Shown one piece after another: positions 58,390-64,000 of a stretch of 64,000 nucleotides of DNA. The position numbers and the translations under genes are program-made. Below the pieces are notes generated by a model that saw nothing but the letters and a program-made list of their open reading frames with translations, was not told the origin of the DNA and did no database searches. Each line of letters begins with the position of its first letter. Position 1 is the stretch's first letter. The DNA comes from Candidatus Heimdallarchaeota archaeon (GTDB taxonomy: Archaea > Asgardarchaeota > Heimdallarchaeia > Heimdallarchaeales > Heimdallarchaeaceae), in assembly GCA_030603365.1 (NCBI GenBank), contig JAUVXV010000005.1, forward strand, positions 1 to 64,000, read 5' to 3'.

Positions 58390-59943
58390 TTAGCTCTCTT
58401 CTTTCTTCTTTTTTCTTATCAAAGCAGGTACTATTAACATCAGAACAAAGGAGACTATCATTAAGAGATTCGATGTATAACCTGTTTCTTGTGTTGATGG
58501 AATTTCAAGTGCTATAAAGGACAAAAATATTTCATTGTTACCTTCAACTATTTCGTCTATGATGTTGCTGTTATCAATCTTTATAGTCATATTGTATATT
58601 CCTGGTTCAGAAACTATCCAGTTATACTGGAATTCATATGACTCTCTCACATCTAATGCAGGAACATTAAAAGTTTGAAGAACACCAAGATCGTTCTCTA
58701 TTGATGCCTCTGTTATTTCAGAAATGGTTTGTTCCCCTATATTGGTGACTCTAATTTTTATTTCTTTTGTCTCATTATAGTATCCAGAGTACTTATTTGG
58801 AACAACTTCAACTCTTAGGTCAGGTTTATCTTCTTTATTGAAAGTAAATTCATCTATTAAACTATAATCCATTCTGAAAGCTCTAAAATCCAGCTGATTG
58901 GGATATACGTCCAGCAATGTGAAATGATAAGTTGATTCTGCGATTACTGATTGGCTAATTGCATAAACTGGATTGATTTCATAAAGAGGAGCACCAACTG
59001 ATCCTGCAATTATATAGGTAATATTGTTATTGATTAGTCTTTCATAGAAATGGTCGTGAGCACTTATAACCATGGTAATGTTGTATTGTTCAAAAATTGG
59101 AACTAATAACGTTTTAATATCATCATAATCACCAGCGCTATGTCTTGGTGACGAAGCATAAGCTGGTCTGTGCATAACCACAATCTTCCAAGCATAGTCA
59201 TTATGTGCTTGTAAATCTGTGTGTAACCAGTTTATTTGTTCATCAAATGTTCCACCATAACTGGGTACACAAGTATGTAAAGCTACAAAATGAATAGGTC
59301 CGTAGTTAAAGGAATAATATTCTTCTTTTCCAGGAAGTGCAAAATTATCATAGTATAGTGTATCATTTTTTTCATGATTACCCAATACTCCCATAAAAGG
59401 AAATTCAATCAAAAAAGGTTCAAAATCCTTAAACCAATCATTCCATTCAGATACTTTATAACCAGACTCTACAAAATCTCCTAAGAATACAACAAAATCT
59501 GCTGATACTTTTGACATTTGCAATGCTGAAAATGTTCTGTCTTCTCGATTGGTTCTAGAATCTCCAATTCCGAAGAAGGTTGCATGGTCACCTATGTTTC
59601 CTGTTTTAAAAGACCAATCCGGACTCCAATACTCTCCATTACCAACTCTATAATGATATACTGTATTAGGTGTTAGACCGATTAGTTCAACTGTGTGATA
59701 AATTCCTGATAGCCCTGTTTCCTCTAAACCATAAGTGCTACCGAGTCCATATTGAACAATAGACGAAGTGATTTCACTTGTCTTCCAACTTATTGTCATA
59801 GTTGTACTGGTATCATTTTGCCAACTAAGATGTATGTGTCTGGGAATAATTTCTTCAGCTGATACTTGAAAGAACTGGACTAAAACAGGCATTATGAAAA
59901 TCAGTATTAATGAAAAAACCAGTAATTTTCTTTTAGTACTCAT
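58390..59943 (-). CDS. Purple acid phosphatase-family metallophosphoesterase with FN3 and CARDB domains, membrane-anchored
   Basis: P.HIHL, TMTISW, GDS, GDFV, GNHE, HRP.Y, AHDH.YER; PDL.V...E..E.NN; TM and RKKKK. Confidence 0.88.
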   Translation of the reverse strand: MSTKRKLLVFSLILIFIMPVLVQFFQVSAEEIIPRHIHLSWQNDTSTTMTISWKTSEITSSIVQYGLGSTYGLEETGLSGIYHTVELIGLTPNTVYHYRVGNGEYWSPDWSFKTGNIGDHATFFGIGDSRTNREDRTFSALQMSKVSADFVVFLGDFVESGYKVSEWNDWFKDFEPFLIEFPFMGVLGNHEKNDTLYYDNFALPGKEEYYSFNYGPIHFVALHTCVPSYGGTFDEQINWLHTDLQAHNDYAWKIVVMHRPAYASSPRHSAGDYDDIKTLLVPIFEQYNITMVISAHDHFYERLINNNITYIIAGSVGAPLYEINPVYAISQSVIAESTYHFTLLDVYPNQLDFRAFRMDYSLIDEFTFNKEDKPDLRVEVVPNKYSGYYNETKEIKIRVTNIGEQTISEITEASIENDLGVLQTFNVPALDVRESYEFQYNWIVSEPGIYNMTIKIDNSNIIDEIVEGNNEIFLSFIALEIPSTQETGYTSNLLMIVSFVLMLIVPALIRKKKKEES

Positions 59944-60036
59944 TGAATATTATCAAAATTTAAGTGTTATAAAGGTTACTTAAACTTGAAGAGAAAAATA
60001 AGAATATAGGACGATTAGAGAAGGAAAAATTGATTG

Positions 60037-60207
60037 TTACTTAGCTTCTTTCGCCATTACTGCTGCAGAGAGTTTTCTTCTTAATCTTCTGTTAGAGACT
60101 TCTCTGTTTACTCTTCTGATACTCCAGAAGACTAATCCTATAACTAGACCAACAACACCTGTAGTAAGAAACACACTTATTATTTCTGGTATAAATGTAG
60201 GAGCCAT
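60037..60207 (-). CDS. Small single-TM protein (56 aa), not in the ORF track
   Basis: MAPTFIPEIISVFLTTGVVGLVIGLVFWSIRRVNREVSNRRLRRKLSAAVMAKEAK*; SD-like AGGTG upstream; fills an otherwise empty gap. Confidence 0.65.
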   Translation of the reverse strand: MAPTFIPEIISVFLTTGVVGLVIGLVFWSIRRVNREVSNRRLRRKLSAAVMAKEAK

Positions 60208-60281
60208 TCACTCAACACCTACATGAAGTGATTCTCACACATTTTTAAATGTATGCTTTGTTAGTTTCTGTTCTTCTAATC

Positions 60282-61007
60282 TTAATCTATCAAATGAATA
60301 TTCTTTGATTCCTCAATCTGGATATTGATTATTTCATTGTCTTTAACAAGTACTAGTAATCCTTCATTATTTATTCCATCACAATTGTATTTTTTTAACA
60401 TGTATCTATGCATTTTGCTAAGATTTAACAGGTTTGTATTGTATTCAGAAATTAGTTCGTTGACATGTTCGGATTTTAATTTTTCTAGGTATGCAAAAAG
60501 GGTCTCAGTTAATGATTCTATAAGAATACCCATATTGGAAATACATTTAATTTCTTCTGAAATACTTGTGGCTTTAACTCCCTCCACTTTATTCAGGTCT
60601 TCTTTTTTAATATTGATGTTCAAACCAATTCCAATAAGTAGATGATTTATCTGACTACTATGTATTTCAAGTAAGATACCACCTAATTTCTTGTTGTTTA
60701 GATAGATATCATTTGGCCATTTTATTTTGATGTCTAGTTTGTAAAGTTCTTTGAGTGTTTGTTGAATACTTAAAGCTGTTATGTAATGGATCATTCTCAT
60801 CTGCTTCTGGTTAATACTCTTTTCAAGAGCAAGAACATATGTTCCATAGAATCCACCTTTAGGAGAAACCCACTTAGAATTTTCTCTTCCTTTTCCTTCT
60901 AGTTGCTCATCTGCAATAATTAGAAAAGGTTCAGTGCTCTTTTTACGAAGATGATTTGCAACAATATCCATAGTAGAAGAAATACTATCATATCTAATAA
61001 TTCGCAT
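60282..61007 (-). CDS. birA: Biotin--[acetyl-CoA-carboxylase] ligase (no HTH)
   Basis: SSTMD, A.EQ..GKGR....W.SP.GG, IKWPNDI....KKLGGIL.E, GIGLN. Start probably MRIIR at 61007. Confidence 0.9.
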   Translation of the reverse strand: MRIIRYDSISSTMDIVANHLRKKSTEPFLIIADEQLEGKGRENSKWVSPKGGFYGTYVLALEKSINQKQMRMIHYITALSIQQTLKELYKLDIKIKWPNDIYLNNKKLGGILLEIHSSQINHLLIGIGLNINIKKEDLNKVEGVKATSISEEIKCISNMGILIESLTETLFAYLEKLKSEHVNELISEYNTNLLNLSKMHRYMLKKYNCDGINNEGLLVLVKDNEIINIQIEESKNIHLID

Positions 61008-61136
61008 TTTCTCTCTATTGAATATCACAAGAAACACTTTACACGAGCTGTTAATAGACATTATTACATCTTGAGGTTATAAAATTTATTTACTATACAA
61101 GGAAAATCTATTTTTATTGGAATTGTAATTATTTGT

Positions 61137-62717
61137 TTGATGGTCAAAAAAACAGAGTACTCATCAGAAGATGAGGAAAAGAACAAATATGATGATTTGG
61201 AGAATAAAAGGATTCAAAGTAGAGAAGGAGGGGGAAAGAAAAGAATTGAAAATCAACATAGTAAAGGAAAGCTCACTGCAAGAGAGAGAATCGAAATACT
61301 TGTTGATGAAGATTCATTCATTGAATTGGATTCCTTTGTTACTCATCAATCTGCCAAATTTGATATGTCTAAAAATCGACCGTATGGTGATGGTGTTGTA
61401 ACAGGTCATGCAAAAATCGCAGATAGACCTGTTTATCTTTATAGTCAAGATTTCACTGTTTTTGGTGGTAGCCTAGGTAGAGCCCAAGCTACGAAAATAT
61501 GCAAAGTTATGGACCTTGCAGTAAAAACTGGAACACCTATCATAGGTCTACTTGATTCAGGAGGAGCCAGAATTCAAGAAGGTGTAGCATCTTTAGCCGG
61601 TTATGGGGATATATTCTTTCGGAATACTTTAGCTTCAGGAGTAATTCCTCAAATCTCTGTTATATTGGGACCTTGTGCAGGTGGAGCAGTTTACTCACCT
61701 GCCTTAACAGATTTTGTACTTATGAATAAGGAAAATTCGTTTATGTTTGTTACTGGTCCAGAAGTAGTAAAAGCTGTCACAGGAGAGGAGATTTCTTTTT
61801 ATGAGTTGGGGGGAAGCGAGGTACATAGAAGTAAAACAGGAATATGTCATCTAGTGGGAGAAACTGAAGAAGAAACTTTAGGACTAGTTAGAAAATTATT
61901 ATCATACTTGCCTTCAAATAATCTAGATGATTCACCTACATATTCTCCCCTCCCCAAGGTTAACGAGCAGTTAATTCTTAGAGATTTAATTCCACAGAAA
62001 GATAATGAGCCCTACGATATGAAAAATATAATCTGTACGATAGTTGATTCTGATAGTTTTATTGAACTACAAGAAGACTGGGCTAAGAATATGATAATTG
62101 GTTTCTCAAGGATCAATGGTGATACTATTGGGATTATTGCTAACCAACCTATGTTTATTGGAGGTTCAATTGACGTTAATGCATCTGACAAAGCATCTAG
62201 ATTTATTCGTTTCTGTGATTCCTTTAACCTACCAATTTTAACATTTGTTGATGTTCCCGGATTTTTACCTGGAGTAAAACAAGAATATGAAGGTTTAATC
62301 AGACATGGTGCAAAATTGCTTTATGCCTATTCAGAAGCAACTGTTCCAAAAATTTCAATTATTATTCGAAAAGCATATGGTGGGGCTTACATAGTTATGA
62401 GTTCCAAGCATTTAGGGACAGACTTTAACTTAGCATGGCCAACAGCTGAAATTGCAGTTATGGGATCCGAAGGTGCTTGTAAAGTGCTTTACAAGAACAA
62501 ACTTAACGATGTAGAAAAACCAGAAGAGGTATTAGCAGAATTTGCTAAACAATTTAAAACAGAATTCGCAACACCTTATCAAGCAGCTGAATTGGGATAT
62601 ATCGACAAAGTGATTTTTCCAGAAGAAACTAGGAAAGAGATAATTCTCACTCTAAACATTCTTCAAAATAAAAGGGAACAGACACCAAAAAGGAAACATG
62701 GAGTGCCACCAGTTTAG
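61137..62717 (+). CDS. pccB: Acyl-CoA carboxylase carboxyltransferase (beta) subunit, PccB/MmdA-like
   Basis: GKLTARERI, QDFTVFGGSLG, DSGGARIQEG, GPCAGGAVYSP, DVPGFLPG, RKAYGGAY, KRKHG..P. Confidence 0.9.
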   Translation: MMVKKTEYSSEDEEKNKYDDLENKRIQSREGGGKKRIENQHSKGKLTARERIEILVDEDSFIELDSFVTHQSAKFDMSKNRPYGDGVVTGHAKIADRPVYLYSQDFTVFGGSLGRAQATKICKVMDLAVKTGTPIIGLLDSGGARIQEGVASLAGYGDIFFRNTLASGVIPQISVILGPCAGGAVYSPALTDFVLMNKENSFMFVTGPEVVKAVTGEEISFYELGGSEVHRSKTGICHLVGETEEETLGLVRKLLSYLPSNNLDDSPTYSPLPKVNEQLILRDLIPQKDNEPYDMKNIICTIVDSDSFIELQEDWAKNMIIGFSRINGDTIGIIANQPMFIGGSIDVNASDKASRFIRFCDSFNLPILTFVDVPGFLPGVKQEYEGLIRHGAKLLYAYSEATVPKISIIIRKAYGGAYIVMSSKHLGTDFNLAWPTAEIAVMGSEGACKVLYKNKLNDVEKPEEVLAEFAKQFKTEFATPYQAAELGYIDKVIFPEETRKEIILTLNILQNKREQTPKRKHGVPPV

Positions 62718-62727
62718 CGAAAAATAA

Positions 62728-64000
62728 TTACCTTCGTTGTTGTTCAAGTCTACTTTGTTCTCTCCATTTACTCTTCTCTTTCTTAATTTTACTTAGTTTT
62801 TGCTCTTTATTCTTTTGTTTTGAATTGTGTGCTGTCTTTGCTTTAAGCATGGCAATGAGCTTTAACTTCTGATACTGGTTCATTAACTGATTAATCTTAT
62901 TTTCATTCAAGAAGTCACTAGTAATTTCTCTATTCAGGAATTCATGAGTCTGAATTATCGCTTTATGAAGATCTATGTTAGTTTTTATTCCTGAAATTGA
63001 CAATTCCTTTAATGCTATGAGAGATTTTTGTATAGTTTCTTCTCTATTTCTTCCTTTAACTATTAGTTTTCCAATTAGAGAATCATATTGGTTAGGAACT
63101 TGATAATTTGGATAGATAAACGTATCAAATCTAACATTATTATTCTCAGGGATACTTAGATTCGATATTCTACCCATCTGTGGATATAACCCTTTTAAAG
63201 GGTCCTCGGCATTGATTCTGAACTCAAAAGCATGCCCTTCAAATTTTATATCACTCTGATCAAACTGGAGTTCTTCATTGTTAGCAATTCTAAGTTGTTG
63301 AATAACAAGATCAATTCCCGTAATCATTTCAGTAATAGGGTGTTCAACTTGAATACGCGGGTTGATTTCATTGAAAAATAATTCATCATCCTTCCAGAGA
63401 AATTCAACAGTTCCAATATTGTTGTAAGATAGATTCTTTGCTAGCATACAAATTTTCTCTCCCAAATCATTTCTTTTTTCTGAGGATATAAATGAAGGAG
63501 CTTCTTCAATTATTTTTTGATGTGATCTTTGGATTGAACATTCTCTATCACCTAATTGAACAATTGCACCATGATTATCTGACATAAATTGCATCTCAAT
63601 ATGCCTGGGTTCTCGAATGTAGCTCTCTAGGAAAACTGCATTATTTCCAAAGTATTTCTTAGCAATAGATTGACATCCTGTTAAACTTTTTTCTAAATCT
63701 TCTGGTCTTTCAACAATTTCGATTCCAATCCCTCCACCCCCAAAAACTGCTTTAATTATTATTGGATAACCAAGAATTTCAGCTAATTTCTCAGCTTCAG
63801 AAACAGATTCAATTATATTAGATGAGCCTGGAATAACTTGAATACCAACATCTTCAGCCATTTTTTTAGCTTCAAGTTTGTTCCCTATTTTATACAACAC
63901 TGAAGAAGTAGGACCTATGAAAATCATTCCTTGTTTTTCAACTTCCTTTGCAAAATTTGCATTTTCGCTAAGAAAACCATAACCAGGATGAATTCCGTTA
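62728..64000 (-). CDS. accC: Biotin carboxylase subunit (5' end beyond the window)
   Basis: IHPGYGFLSEN at the window edge, FIGP, GGGG.G, RECSIQR.HQK, E.NPRIQVEH, RINAEDP, YDSLIGKLIV. Confidence 0.92.
   Translation of the reverse strand, partial: NGIHPGYGFLSENANFAKEVEKQGMIFIGPTSSVLYKIGNKLEAKKMAEDVGIQVIPGSSNIIESVSEAEKLAEILGYPIIIKAVFGGGGIGIEIVERPEDLEKSLTGCQSIAKKYFGNNAVFLESYIREPRHIEMQFMSDNHGAIVQLGDRECSIQRSHQKIIEEAPSFISSEKRNDLGEKICMLAKNLSYNNIGTVEFLWKDDELFFNEINPRIQVEHPITEMITGIDLVIQQLRIANNEELQFDQSDIKFEGHAFEFRINAEDPLKGLYPQMGRISNLSIPENNNVRFDTFIYPNYQVPNQYDSLIGKLIVKGRNREETIQKSLIALKELSISGIKTNIDLHKAIIQTHEFLNREITSDFLNENKINQLMNQYQKLKLIAMLKAKTAHNSKQKNKEQKLSKIKKEKSKWREQSRLEQQRR

Noticed and set aside
2456-61401. 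Many short antisense or out-of-frame ORFs (e.g. 5982..6530, 14352..14780, 53960..54262)
   Set aside because: They lie within or across well-supported genes, show antisense-type Ser/Ile/Phe bias and have no motifs.

Overview
This is an AT-rich, densely coded archaeal chromosomal segment, most likely from an Asgard archaeon of the Heimdallarchaeia type. That assignment is inferred from gene content: archaeal nurA-herA-mre11-rad50, a geranylgeranyl reductase, F420-dependent Mtd together with kynureninase, and many signal-peptide proteins anchored by a C-terminal TM helix with a basic tail. The window opens inside an IS200/IS605-family TnpB gene that the ORF track missed, and ends inside a biotin carboxylase. 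Housekeeping content includes DNA end resection, a doubled single-chain UvrA (1920 aa), asnS, mtnA, mtd, kynU, birA/acyl-CoA carboxylase, ABC and MFS transporters and several flavoenzymes. The most interesting accessory features are: (1) four paralogous MobA/CofC-like nucleotidyltransferases around a multi-TM gene; (2) five related cell-surface proteins in tandem; (3) a circularly permuted family-5 solute-binding protein; (4) a membrane-tethered wHTH regulator flanked by two near-identical 19-bp operator-like sites; (5) a helical protein with synuclein/LEA-like 11-mer repeats and a poly-Pro tail downstream of rad50; and (6) a roughly 150-nt multi-hairpin intergenic element. I saw no rRNA, tRNA or CRISPR array. 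All family calls come from motif recognition, not database searches.
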